Origin: Raillietiella orientalis
Lineage: Eukaryota
Assembly: GCA_036172245.1 (NCBI GenBank)
Contig: JAYWIR010000023.1
Coordinates: 1,364,001-1,428,000 of the forward strand
DNA: 64,000 nucleotides
Direction of reading: 5' to 3'
This document shows, in pieces, positions 51,480 to 63,400 of the stretch; position 1 is the first letter of the stretch, and each line of letters opens with the position of its first letter. Position numbers and translations under genes: made by a program. The notes beneath the pieces are model-generated. The model saw nothing but the letters and a program-made list of their open reading frames with translations, was not told the origin of the DNA and made no database searches.

Positions 51480-51650
51480 CGATTCTTCTGCTTTCCTTCC
51501 AGCTGTTTCTTTCTTTCAGGTTTTCTTTTTTTTTGGTATTCAAGGAGTACCGATGAACCACTCGCCTCTTTAGGGGAGACTCATGAAGCTCTTTAACACT
51601 GTCCACGCCACCTGAGGGCTCCAATCTAGGGGGAACTCCATAGGGACCTC
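51480..51650 (-). repeat. SINE 3' end plus flank, local direct duplicate of 53143-53305
   Basis: Near-identical ~165 bp, CGATTCTTCTGCTTTCC...CTCCATAGGGACC, at both sites. Confidence 0.85.
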
Positions 51651-51999
51651 AAGGGTTAACAAATACTCTTTCGGAGCTGCGGTGTTCCTCTAGCCTGATA
51701 ATTTCGTTTGCAATTTCCCACGAAACAAAGGCGCCATCCTTGCCCGATGAAACGCCGACCGCACATGCGCAATGAGTCGTACATTCGATGAAGAAAAGTC
51801 CCGCTCCTGCAGCGTACAAGAGTCATTCTGTCCCTACTCTCGATTGGAGGATGCAAGGTTGGCGAAGAAAAAAAAAAATCCACTGTATTTTTGGACTCGA
51901 GAACAGTCTAAAATTGTTAATGATGCCTCAGAAGCCTACAAATATGCCGAGACACTTTTCCATCCAACTACTTACCTAAAGCGGGCTCCCCATCGGTGT

Positions 52000-52650
52000 A
52001 AAAGGCTCCGGTGGGAGACAAACTTTCAAAAGATTGGTCTTTCAACTCTTTAACCATATTAAGGGGACCTCGTGATTGGGAAATTTGGGTTCGAGGATCG
52101 ACTTGGGAAGGCTGTTCTCATGTAACCTTTCTCCACGTCACATACTTCCGGGATATTACTGGCGTGCTTGGTACTGACACCAAGATCTACGCCGCCAGGA
52201 GAGGGCCTATGCGGGCTCACATTCAAACCCTGCTGCGCACACCCCCGAGACCCACCTAATTGCCGGGACTTGAACAAGCCGACGTCCTCCGACGAGAGCA
52301 CTCCGGAGGGCAGGAGCTCTTTCTCGGCGCTGGCTTCAGGCTCCACTCTTGAGCGCCATGCGTTTTCAGGGTCAGGTGCTTCGACAGGAGAGACATTGAG
52401 CACTCAGAGGATTCCTGCTTCCATGATCTCAGGAGATTCGCTTCCCTTCTCCCAGCGAGAAGGCATACCGGTCATCTTCGACATAGCGTGGCAACAAGGA
52501 CACTCCGCCGCGGCACCAGAGGAGCAAGGTTGGAAAGCAAAAGCAACTGTCTCGGACCGACTCTTTGGCTTGCCTCGAAGGATAACTCCAGAAACAAGTC
52601 GCCGTGGGATTCCTGAGATCATGGGATTCTGCGAGCCCTCAGAATGTACT
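52000..52650 (-). mobile_element. Possible ORF2 C-terminal remnant
   Basis: RWEKGSESPEIM..VLNVSP and GLFKSRQLGG weakly parallel RWSEHLSVPPEEIV..LDTS and RFFSRNGLS. Confidence 0.3.
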
Positions 52651-53179
52651 TAGGAATATACTCACGATGTACTCAAGAAGCCAAGGGCTTCGAAGAAGAA
52701 AGCGGAAGAGCTGAGGAAGGAGATGGTCTTCTCAACCATCCAACGCTCTAAAACATCTTTGCTGGAGGCACAAGATGAGTCAGTCGTCCCAATTGAACCA
52801 ATCGTGGATTCAGTTTGGACCGATTCCATCAGCAGAACGGAGCGGCTCGAGGATGGCCATGCTGGGAATTCCTCCGTCGTTGCTTGAGCCCCCCATGAAC
52901 ACGTGCTGCGAAAACCAAACGCAGACAAAAGATGCTGCGATCCTGCTGTCCTCAGCAACCAGCATTTTTCGTGGGATCCGATGAGCTCCTCATTGGGTGA
53001 GTCTTTACCTACTGTTTGGTTCATCCCTCGGAGCCAGCTTTGTTTACCAAAATGGGACCGCTGGGGAAAGCTCAGAGATCCGATAGCCTCGTTAGTATGA
53101 GTGGCATCTTGGTTCTTTGGCCTGAGATGATGGAAATCCTTTCGATTCTTCTGCTTTCCTTCCAGCTGTTTCTTTCTTT

Positions 53180-53852
53180 CAGGTTTTCTTTTTTTTTGGT
53201 ATTCAAGGAGTGAACCACTCGCCTCTTTAGGGGAGACTCATGAAGCTCTTTAACACTGTCCACGCCACCTGAGGGCTCCAATCTAGGGATAACTCCATAG
53301 GGACCACCCACAGGAAGTCCGTTCCGTTCCTGTTACACTTGAGAGGAAAACTCCGAGGGAACCTCTTCCTTATTTTCTCCAGAAGGACCCCCGGAACGTT
53401 TCACTCCTCATTTCTTCTACGACGGGAACCTGGAAAGGATGTGTTCCTGAATGTCTTCTCCGGAGAGAACCCTCAAGGGAACCGCTCCCCGAAGGGGCAG
53501 CACTCTTGACATTCAGAGGCATCAACCAGCTCCCTGTCACTCGATGGATAGACAGCTCCATTCGCACAACGAGGGGTGGGGATCCAGAAGGAAGCCTATC
53601 CCTTGATTTCTGGAAGGATACCGGACGGTCAGCTTCCAGTCGCGGCCAGTCAACGGGGGCATCCGGTTTCCTCCATCCCTTCGTGGTGCACCTGAAGCCT
53701 ACAGACCAACCAGCGTCATCCTGAGGGAGAGGGGCTTGAAACTCATGACGCACTCCTTTCTTCTGGCGTCGATCCTCTCTCCGAGTGGGATTCGAACCTG
53801 CAACTCCTGGTACTACGGGCAAAGGCTGTTCCTCCCGCCACACGGACGCTAC
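53180..53852 (-). mobile_element. tRNA-derived SINE, longest copy (head, core, internal repeats, 3' motif, A-rich tail)
   Basis: GGTTCGAATCCCAC B box (~53785-53798), core GGATGCCCCGTTGACTGGCCGCGACTGGAAGCTGACC, CCCTCAGGTGGCGTGGACAG 3' motif and A tail at ~53183-53197. Confidence 0.85.
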
Positions 53853-55699
53853 GCGAACATTCGATGATCTTGTTGAGTATAAGTACTCGATGTGGTTGCA
53901 TCACTTATGATGAGTAATATTTTCCATCTTTAGAAATACGAGAATGTCTCTGTATTTGATTAATTTGGTACTTGGACCCAATCTCCTTCACTGTTGGCAG
54001 CAACCAGGATTTCCAAGATGACCCAGGGGCAGGGAAGAAGTTCTGAGGAACAAGGAATGTTACATCGAAACCAATTGCCACCTCAGGTCAGCGAAGAAAT
54101 GGGTTGACTGAGAGAAATCGATGCTGCGCCGGAACCACGACTATGACTAGAGGCTGGAGCAGTTTTCAGGTGTTCGACGGAGTCACGGACACTGGCTGAA
54201 TTTTGGCCTCTTTCCACGATCCGTTCGGAGATCTTTTGAAATCGAAAGCGCTGATTTTCCTTCGGATCGCCGAATACCAAGGTCCCGAAGATCATCTGAG
54301 AACACAAAGGCTCCAGCAGCTATGGGCCTTTTACTCATCCGGGCAGTACGCGAGTGCAGATTCCACTTTTTGTTGTGCGGCGAAAGACCTTCTGGAAACA
54401 GGACGGCGTGGGCGTGCTCACTTGTGACTTGCGTGCACCTGCGAACCAGGGCTCGAATTCGTTCATGACCAGCATATCGTGGCTAATTATTTCGACTTCA
54501 TCATTGGTTGGTCACTCTTATAGTCGGCTGGCAATCGCTATAAGAATTACCTCAGTGCACCTGCCGAAGGAAGGAGAATTCCACTCTGGACCAATTCATA
54601 ACTCCGTGCAAAACAATTCGTTCCTTCCAAAGGAACAAAAAGGATTCAGCATTCCAATCAGTGACTGAATCCTTGCAATCGTGGAAAGAAGGCATCAAGA
54701 CGACAGGCTCATGCTGTCGGACAAGTAACACACTTTGTGTGGGATCAGAAAAACATTCAGACATAACAACACATACATGCATAATAACATTTATAAATAC
54801 GTATAATGACAACAAGAGAGAAAGTGCTGGTGGTCTTTCGTCTGATGGAATCAAAGCTGTCAGTCCTCATTGTTCCCATTTTTAATGATCTCGGAAGAAT
54901 TTTAGGACGCAAAGGATCTCTAAAAGAATTCTTCAACGAAGTCGTGCGAAAATCTTTAATTAATTCATCCACACAAGGAAGATTTGCAGGGGAGATTCCA
55001 ATGAGGAGAGATGCACCTGCTCGATTATTGAAACAGCAGAACTGATAATGCAGCATCCTAAGATGGAGGAAGCAGAGACGCTCCCCAGGAAAGTTGGAAC
55101 ACTCGTAGGAAAATGGCGAATCAGTGTTGCTGTCCATTTGTTGCAGGATTCTGCGCAGTACATCTTGAAGGCGATCCAGAGAAACAAGTGTCCATGTGAT
55201 CATCCGAATTCCATCTTTCTCCCATGAGAGACTGTCGAAATCTCTTCCAGATGCTCAGCAAAGATACAGAACCTCATCTGAAACATTTGTCCTGACAATG
55301 AACAATGAAATTATTGACCAGAAACCGGCAGGCAATCCTGAAAATTCCGAGATGCCACCTTTTTCTTGGGCTGATTTTAAGAACTCCAGGCGCTTGTCAT
55401 CAGTCTTTGCTCGCCAGATGGAGGCGTAATTTTTTGTGTGTGTGTTTCCAGATCCGTGTCAATGGTTCTTTGCGATGTCTGCAGAAGGCAGAATTCCCAG
55501 GCCTTCAATTCGTATCCTGTTGTTTTCTACAAAACCTGAAATCGTCTGAACGCGTCGTGAGATGTGGGTCAAAAGAAGCAACGGCCATCCGGTCGGCGTG
55601 CTCTGCTCTGGGCGGGCGACACTTGCTTGACGGCTGAGCCGCGCTGAGTCTTGCCGTCCGAGATTGACGTGCCTGCAAGACAAAAGAGAGCTCTGCAAT

Positions 55700-56507
55700 C
55701 TGATGCTCTTGCTGCTTTATTATCAGCTGAGGCTTTCGGTCAAACAGCTGCAGTCCGTCCCAAACGCCGAATCGTTTGTGAGAGAACCAGATGGCCATGC
55801 AGAAGCTGCTCCATGAAACTGAAAGCCTGCCAAGGCCATGGTCATGTCGAACTTGCCTCGGAGAGAGAACAGCCACCACGCCTCAGCGTGGCGAGTTCCC
55901 ATGGAATGCATCCACTGCGGAATCATGGGCACTCTCCAGAGTGTGCTTCATCCAGAGGATGCGGCAGGGATGAATATGAATCGAAGGGCACTCCAGGCCT
56001 CCAATAATATTTCGACAGGAGAGACAAGAGGAGAATCTCTTTGGACTCTCCAGTTGTCTTCTCTCCAGCCAGCCTCTATATTTCAAGCAACGGTGATCTC
56101 CAAGTGAAAGAAGGGTGTGGTCTCCATCCATCCAAGGCCGCCGTTCTCAATTACCATCATCCTTATTCAAAGGGCGACGAGATGGCTCCAATGGGAACGT
56201 AGAATACAACACCTCAAGACCATTATGGACGACTGGATCGCCACTGCTGATAGCACCCTGATCTTTCCTTCTCCTCAGTGCCTGCCCGACTCAAATCCTC
56301 GGGATTCAGGTCCAACATCATGAGGCGGGTCCATCTCACCCCATTTATCTCTTATTTGTTGATGTTTCCTCCCAATCCTGTACTCTCTCCCCATTTATAA
56401 CCTCCGTGGGAGTTCGAACCCCTTACGCTTCGAGTTGGCAGATGTCTGATCCTTTCCTATTGTATTTTTTATTGATTTATAAATGGTGCGACAGTTCAGG
56501 ATGAGAA
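55700..56507 (+). mobile_element. L1/Tx1-like ORF2 C-terminus plus UTR, strongly diverged
   Basis: PMECIHCGIMGTLQSVL (CxxC) and LIQRATRWLQWERRI match FMEKAAKWPHLCDEV. T-rich UTR ends ATAAATGGTGCGACAGTTCAGGATGAGAA, a degenerate terminal motif. Confidence 0.55.
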
Positions 56508-56624
56508 TGTCGTTTGTGGGAGATAATTATCTCCGATGAGAAAACTTTTGAGATTGAAAGTTTAAATGACCATTTCTTTAAGCGTAGATTCATGATTATT
56601 TCGATGAATGCAGCATCATAAGAA

Positions 56625-56678
56625 TGTGTATATATATATATGTGTGTGTAGAATGTGTATATATATATATGTGTGTAT
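56625..56678. repeat. (TA)n/(TG)n compound microsatellite
   Basis: Directly visible. Confidence 0.85.
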
Positions 56679-59600
56679 TGGGCACAAAATAATTTAATCA
56701 TAGCATCAGTAATTAATTTGGTTTACTTTTTCCAAAGCCCCTTAAGATAATCTTTTACAACTTTAGTTGATCTTCTTTTGAGAAACCAGGTCTTCAGGAA
56801 GAAGTTTCCGGTAAATAATTTGTTGATGGGGGCATGCATAGTTTGGTGCTCAACAAGCTACACGACGCAGTGCAGGTCAGCTTCCCTACATCTTCTCTCT
56901 TTCTTCTACTGAAATACCAGTTGAGAAATATTTGCTATTTAAATACATTTAGCTGAATAACTTCTTGACTATTCATCATATATGTATTCTATCTATTGCA
57001 ATCACACTGACACACACACGCACACCCATAGATATGAATATGGGTCCTGAGGCAAACGATGGACACTCCTTAGAAATGCTTAACAACATCCTAGAGCTCG
57101 GCGTTCGCCTTCTTCTTCGAAAAAACAAACGAAAGAAAGCTGAAAACGAATGCACCGAAGTGAAGAATCGGTCCATGACTTTGCGCAGAGGATGCTCCCC
57201 GCTGTTCATTTGTCCGTAAGTGGCTTTCCCTCAAGCAGACTCCTTTTGAATTTATCGTGTGCATTTTAATTTTTTTTTTTTTCGAGAAACTTTCATTTCA
57301 GACATGGTGGAGTAGGCGAAACTACGAAACACGATAAGAAGCTCAAATAAGACGTCGACAAACACATCATGGAAGGCTTCAAAGCTGCACCTTGAATAAA
57401 TCATTGGATTCGATCCCTTTTTTTCCGAGTAACGGCTCAGCATGAGTACTGTCCATACGTGCAAGGATTTCCTCCCAAATGGAATCGCATCATTTGGTTT
57501 CTCAACGAGCAAAGTGAAGCAGAAATTCATCCGAGCAGATCGGCCCAATACATTCATCCCAGGGTACGAAATAGGACTGTTTTCCTCGTGAAAAAAAACA
57601 AATTTCGGGACTTCAGTCGCCTAGAAGCAGAAGAGTCCTCCCCCCTCTCCCTTCCCCCCCTTTATAGCTGAACCGAAACACATAAGTGTGCCAACAGTTC
57701 CAAACGGTCAGTCCCGAAAGGATGCCTATCAGTACAGGAATGACTAAGAGTTCCTGAGAAAGCTGCATCCCTTGGAAACGAAGCCAAAGGCACGCGATGA
57801 AGTGTGATGGCCATGGCGCTTGGAACCTTTTTTTTTAGAGCACATTCATATAATCTAAAAATCATCCGCCTCGAAAACATCGCATCTGACAGAGGAAATC
57901 GATTCGACTCGAGGCAAAAGGTCTTACGAAGATTTGCAGTTCAGAGGAAACGCAGGTTCCGCTGTTGTAGTACCGAATGGAGTCTGATGGTGGGGAGGAT
58001 TCGTGACTCTGAGGAAGAGTCGCAGCTTCGCGAAGAAACTCTATCGATGTAGCTACGCTCTTCTTGCGAATGACTGAGAGCATTTTCATCTAATCCGCTC
58101 AGGGAAAGTTGCTTTTTCGAAGGAAGGAATCGGGTGAGAGATGCGTCGATCCTGAAAGACCCCTGCCGCTCTCTCTCTCAGGAGATTACCTGAGGGTGTG
58201 TGATGGAGCCGCGGTGGCGCCCGATGCAGGGACGAGAAGTGCGAGGAAGGCACAGCGTAAAGAGGGATCAGTCCGGCTCACTGAGCCTTGGAGCTCAGGG
58301 AAAGGCTAACCCGAAGGTTCTCTAGAAAGGACAGATGTGCTGGATTCTCTAAGGAGTTAGCTGGGGTCAGATTGATTCGGACTCGATGCCATTCGGGGAC
58401 GACAACCACCACCACCGCAGCAGCACAGATCTCAGGCGAGGCAAGCTTCTGGTGATGGAGATGCTTTTCGGCTCTGTACGCTGAAGACCATCAAGCGTGT
58501 TCTCCGACTGAGCTCCGGCTGCTTCGACGACCTCCTCCACTCTCCGCTCTTTCTCTCTCAGGTTTTTGTGGGGCCTCTCCCACAGTTGACTCCTGAGTGA
58601 ACTTCCTCGAGCGGGGTAACGCACTTCCGAATTGCTGGGCAGCCTCGGCTGGTCCAGGTGATCAGAATCTTCTCCGGTGTGCGCTGGGTTCTCACCAACT
58701 GCTTCCGTCCCTGGTGAGGCTGCTGAACTTCTAGAGGACGTAAGGATGGAAAGAAGAGGATGCAGGAGAAGAAATGATTGGCCGAGAGTTGCAGGAGGAG
58801 GCACTTGCATAGGGGCTGGGAGGAGGGCAAGTCGGGACGCAGAGGATCAGAGATGAAACCGCACGGAGAAGACAGTGATTTGGATTCTGGGAGCGCTTGC
58901 AATCGGGATGCAGCTCTGTGCCCACCCAGTCCCACAAGAGGCAGCCTGAATGACTAGGATGCGAAGAGTTCGAAGACTGCGAGCCGCTCTCTTACGTCGT
59001 CTCGACTCCTCGGCCAAGTCGGGGCCAGCTACGCGAGAGACAGCGGTTCCCCTCAGTTTACCAAACTCTCCCAAAGAAGGGGATCAACACCGAAATGTGC
59101 CTCGTGTTCTCCTAGGAAGCGTTCAGTTCACCTGCGCGTGGTCTCCTAAAGAAGAGATGCCCTTGCGCTAACTGAGGAGGAGATCGGTCCAGAGGCGGAG
59201 CTGGTTCGAAGCTCCCTCGCTCCGGTGTGCCAAGGAAAGGGATAGGGGCCAGATTCCCTTCGCCTTTTCCCTCCTCATCTGCTCTTTTTCGGATCAAGGT
59301 GTAAGAAGCGAGGAGAGCATCTGGAATGACGTCGCGGACCGGTCCAGATCATGCAGCGCCAATCGAGAGATTTGCATCCGCTGAACGCGGAGGAAGGGCA
59401 GAAGCGCAAGTTTCGAGCTGACGCAGCATGAGTCTCATCCCGGGAAGGCGCTTCCCGGAGCGAACCTTTCCTTCAGCAGACTATGCTTTTTCCGTTGTCT
59501 GGCACCGCAGATGCTGCAGATCCTCGCATCAGACTTTCTGCCCGAGACAATCGGATATCCCTAAGCTGCGCACATATCTTATTCAAGACGCGTGCCGCCG

Positions 59601-60271
59601 AGCCGTCGAAAAGGACGGGGAGGGGGAATTGAGATGGGCTGCTGCATGGGAGCTGCTTCCGCGTGGTGAAGGATCGGAAGGGAACCAGGAGACGCGCTGA
59701 GGTCTCCACAACGCGCGCATTCTTCGGAAGCTCTTGAAGGAAGTCCAAAGACGGCTCCGAGACACAAAAAGCGAATGCTCGGCGAGGTCTTCGAGCTGCG
59801 TCGGATTGGTATTTCTGGCCGCGGAACATTCGCGAAGGATTCGAAGAGCAATGGCTGCGTGTTCGCCTTCTCGGGGAGGAGGGGAAGAAGAATCCAGGAG
59901 CCTTTCGATAGTGGAAAACAGTCGGGCCGAAGACGCTTCACGTTTTTTCCTTCCCTTTGCGCTCCCGCCCCCTTTCTCCTCCCTCAGTCGCATGAGGAGC
60001 GCATTTGGGTACGAAGTGCCATCTCTGTAGGGGAGGAAGATCAGCTGACCAGCCACCGCCCGCCCGAATTCGTCCTTTTTCCAGGACACGAGGAAAATCT
60101 CGCGAACTATCGTAAATCAGAATCCCTCGTGAGGAGGGGAAGCGACCAGAAGGACGTCCTCGGTCCGGGATGAATTCCGAGGGTTCCTTCCCTTCCCTCG
60201 ATTGGAGACGGCCATTTATTTATTTATTTCTCCCGCTCTCCGTCCGTTCGTTTGGTGGGCGGTCGGATTCA

Positions 60272-60990
60272 GTGGGACGTTACTCATGCGCTGGTTCCAA
60301 AGGAGGGAGGAGCCGGAATGGAAGAAACACACGGAGGAATCGTTGCCGGAGGACAGACTTTCGCGAGACGGAATTCTGTGAAAAGAACACTCTGATGACT
60401 GCTATCGGCGGCGACGGGCTGTGCCGACTCTTCCGCGAAGTCGTGTCCGAACTGACGCGCATAAACACCAGAAGGAGATGATCCATGGGGATGTCAAGCC
60501 AGCCAACATCCTCTTGGACTTCAACCACCACGCGAAAATCGGAGATTTGGGCTTGGCAACTGGGTCCATGACAAGCGGGAGTGGCGCTCAACGTCGCTCC
60601 CGAAGTCGGGAATGAGGTGGAAAGCACACAGAAAATAGGCATGCGCAGTTTAGGGGTGACACTCTTCGAGATGTTCTACCCTCTCTTGAGCGCCGTGATG
60701 GAAAGGGTAAAGGTCATCAGCCACCTCCGTTTACCACAATTCATCCTCCCCGACGATTTCAACCACGCCAACGTACGAGAAGTAGTCGGCGGTCATCAGG
60801 TGGCTGCTGAACCATGGCCCTCCGAAGCGGTCAAGCTCCTTGGAGCTGCTACAGTCGGAATTGGTACCCCCACTGTCCCCATCCCTCCCAGCTGGAAGAG
60901 GCGCAGCTTCAGGAGCATGCCATCTCAGTTACTGTATAGACATAGCGAAGACAGACATGTATAGACACTACCTCGACAGCACGCTGAGTC
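60272..60990 (+). pseudogene. GCN2: eIF2-alpha kinase GCN2-like kinase-domain pseudogene fragment
   Basis: Collinear across frameshifts: TEFCEKNTL..CRLFREVV, MIHGDVKPANILLDFNHHAKIGDLGLAT, ALNVAPE, TQKIGMRSLGVTLFEMFYP..ERVKVISHLR, VIRWLLNHGPPKR..ELLQSELVPP. These match GCN2 subdomains V-XI (EYCEKSTL, RLFREI, HRDLKP, KIGDFGLAT, ALYVSPE, WLLNHDP, ELLKSELLPP). HRD has become HGD and DFG has become DLG. Confidence 0.85.
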
Positions 60991-61129
60991 TCTGCAGCCG
61001 CCCGCCACGCTTGCACACGCGTGCAAGACGCTCCTGCGCTTTTCTGGAGCGGGTGACTCCGGTCTGACGTTACCGGCCTTCTTCTCTCCCCTCCACCCTC
61101 TTCGGCTCACCCTCCTGGAGACGCGTCCC

Positions 61130-62160
61130 GTAGGCGAGCGGGAAGTCAATCCTTCGCGTGCGCCGCGCGAAGCTTCCGGGACGAAGACGAGGCCCAGGCG
61201 CTCTCCCTTTTTGACAGCGAACGCGGAAGAAACAAACGAGAGTTCCTGCGGCATGGTCGCTCCCTCCTCCCCTACAAGGGGGATGCTCTGATCCGTGGCA
61301 ACGGGAATCCACGGCGGTTCCTCGCGACGGGATTCCGGAGACTCAGTCGGCAAATTCGGCAAACACGAGATAATGAGATTCCAACTAGAGAGGAGCACTC
61401 TTGCTGCAGGGGCGCTCGCCGCCGGGATTCCGAAACGCCCTCCAGATGAAGCAGCAGCATGAGATTACTTGACAGTGGATGACAGATGGAAAATCCACGC
61501 ATGTCCGACCGATGCGCGACGCTGCCATCCTTCCTCTGCGTGCAGGCCATAGCAACCGCCGCGACCGAACCGGTTTCGAGCCTGACGAATTTCCGAAGTC
61601 ACCCAAGAACCATCTTTTCGTCTGGCTACCCGATGAGCTTTCGAGGCAACGCGCCCTGCAAATTCAGAAGCGAAGCAGCCTCCGGACTGCACTGCATCCA
61701 GGAGATGCAGCGAGAAGCCTATGGAACAACTTTTTCATCCTGGATTGCTAGGCCATCTGTTTGAACGAAAAGCACACACAAAAAACAAAATTTGCAATCA
61801 AAAAGCTTGCGAGATGTGCTGTCTTTATTCTAAATGGACCAAACCTCCTTAAACTGCATCCCGGAGCCCTTCGAAGGTTCCGCTTTTTGATGGTGCGCAT
61901 GGTAAAAGTTAAGGAACGGATCTTCCTCCTCCTCCTCCTCTCAACTCTTTTCGCCCGACCACCTGGTAGTAACCCCAACAGTGGTGCCATTCGCCACTCG
62001 GAGAATCTATCCCTCAGCGAGATACCGGCCAAGTCGACCCTGCTTTCTGGAGCGGGTCGTGAGACGCTAAAGATACCACGAGAGTCCTTCTACATCGGTA
62101 GGATGGGCAAGATGTGGATTCTTTCGCAGCCTGGTAGGCAGCCTGCTGGATTGTGAGGGT
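61130..62160 (+). mobile_element. APE endonuclease-like remnant of non-LTR ORF2
   Basis: In APE order: AEETN (QETH-like), SPTRGML, HPGDAARSLWNNFFILDC, KERIFL, SPDHLVV (SDH), GKMWIL. Confidence 0.5.
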
Positions 62161-62449
62161 CACCAAGACCATCGTCGAATAGAAACTGTCCCGACTGATG
62201 CACGAAGCGAAGCTCAGGGACCTCGCTCAGGGCCAGCAAGGGTGGAAGGATTTCCACGAGATTTCACGTGGAAACTTGGAGATCCCGGTTATCCTGTGAA
62301 ACAACTCCATCGTTCCCCTTCTCCGTCTTGAAGGTGGCTGCTGGGACCTCTTTCGGAACGAGGAATGCCATTGTGCTTCAGAGAAGAGAATCTCCAAAGA
62401 ATGTTCCCAAAGAGGAACAGTGGGAATTCTTATCCTAGTATGCTGCAGG

Positions 62450-63400
62450 AATGTTTCAGAGGCAGGAACACTTTAGATCTGCTACTATGCCCTTGCCCTC
62501 AGGGCTTTTTCTGAATAGCAGTCACTTAATCCTGCTAATCAGTTTTCTCAAATGCCAGCAACGGCGCTTGCCAAGATGGAAGGAGGATGTGTCCGGCATC
62601 CCTGGAAACCATATTCAATCGCTTGATGAGAGATGTGGCAGAGTGGCCTGAACCGGGATGCAAAGTGCAGGGGAGTCTCAGAGCGATTATCGTCGAACTA
62701 AGTCCTCACCAGTGATCTATCTCCCTGCATTCCTACCGAATTCGTGCCTTTAAAAATCCTGTGCATTACGTGGGACTGCCTCACCTCTGAGCTCATTAAC
62801 TCATCTATTGGCCCTCTCTGTGGCTCTGTTCTTAATAAGGTTTGGTCCATTTCGACTGACGCCAGCATATCTCGCAAGCTTCCTGACTTCAGGTTCTGTT
62901 CTTCCTCGAAACAGATGCAGTCCAGGATGAAAAGGTCGTTCCATAGTCTCCTCGCTGCATCGCCCGGATTAGGTGCAGGCGGCAGGGTGGAGGCTGCTTG
63001 GCTTCTGGATTCACAGGGGCATTCCATCAGTTTTCACACCTTTAGCATCTGCGTATGTTTTCTCGTTTTGGGAAGACAGGGAATCTCGTTGTTGGAATTG
63101 GGAGAATGAACCCTCAGCCGGAGAACAGTCCAGCTTGTGGGTCCATTCTCTCCAGTCCATCTAGTGGTGAGTAGTTTATTACAATGAAACCATCAGGCAG
63201 AAATGCTACACACGCCAACCAACCTACCAACTGGATTTTGATTCTTTTTCCTGCTTTCAGCATTTTCTTCCCGAAGACGCGTATCCCTCTTTCCCTGGTT
63301 TGCTTGAGCTTGAGACTCATTCCTGGCAGCTTTGCTACCTTGTTCTTCCTCTTCCTGACTTCTCACTGTGCGCATACACTTAACACCTGCAGTAGCTGCT
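62450..63400 (-). mobile_element. APE endonuclease-like remnant, inverted paralog of the 61-62 kb copy
   Basis: PAPNPGDAARRLWNDLFILDCICF..SLRDMLASVEMDQTLL..MHRIF. DNA 62815-62985 is a diverged reverse complement of 61685-61860. Confidence 0.5.

Noticed and set aside
51690..51755. Hammerhead-like CTGATAA...CGAAAC
   Set aside because: Non-canonical core and no convincing stems.
56400..56440. tRNA-like GTTCGAACCC
   Set aside because: No A box or SINE core nearby. It lies within a LINE 3' UTR-like tract.
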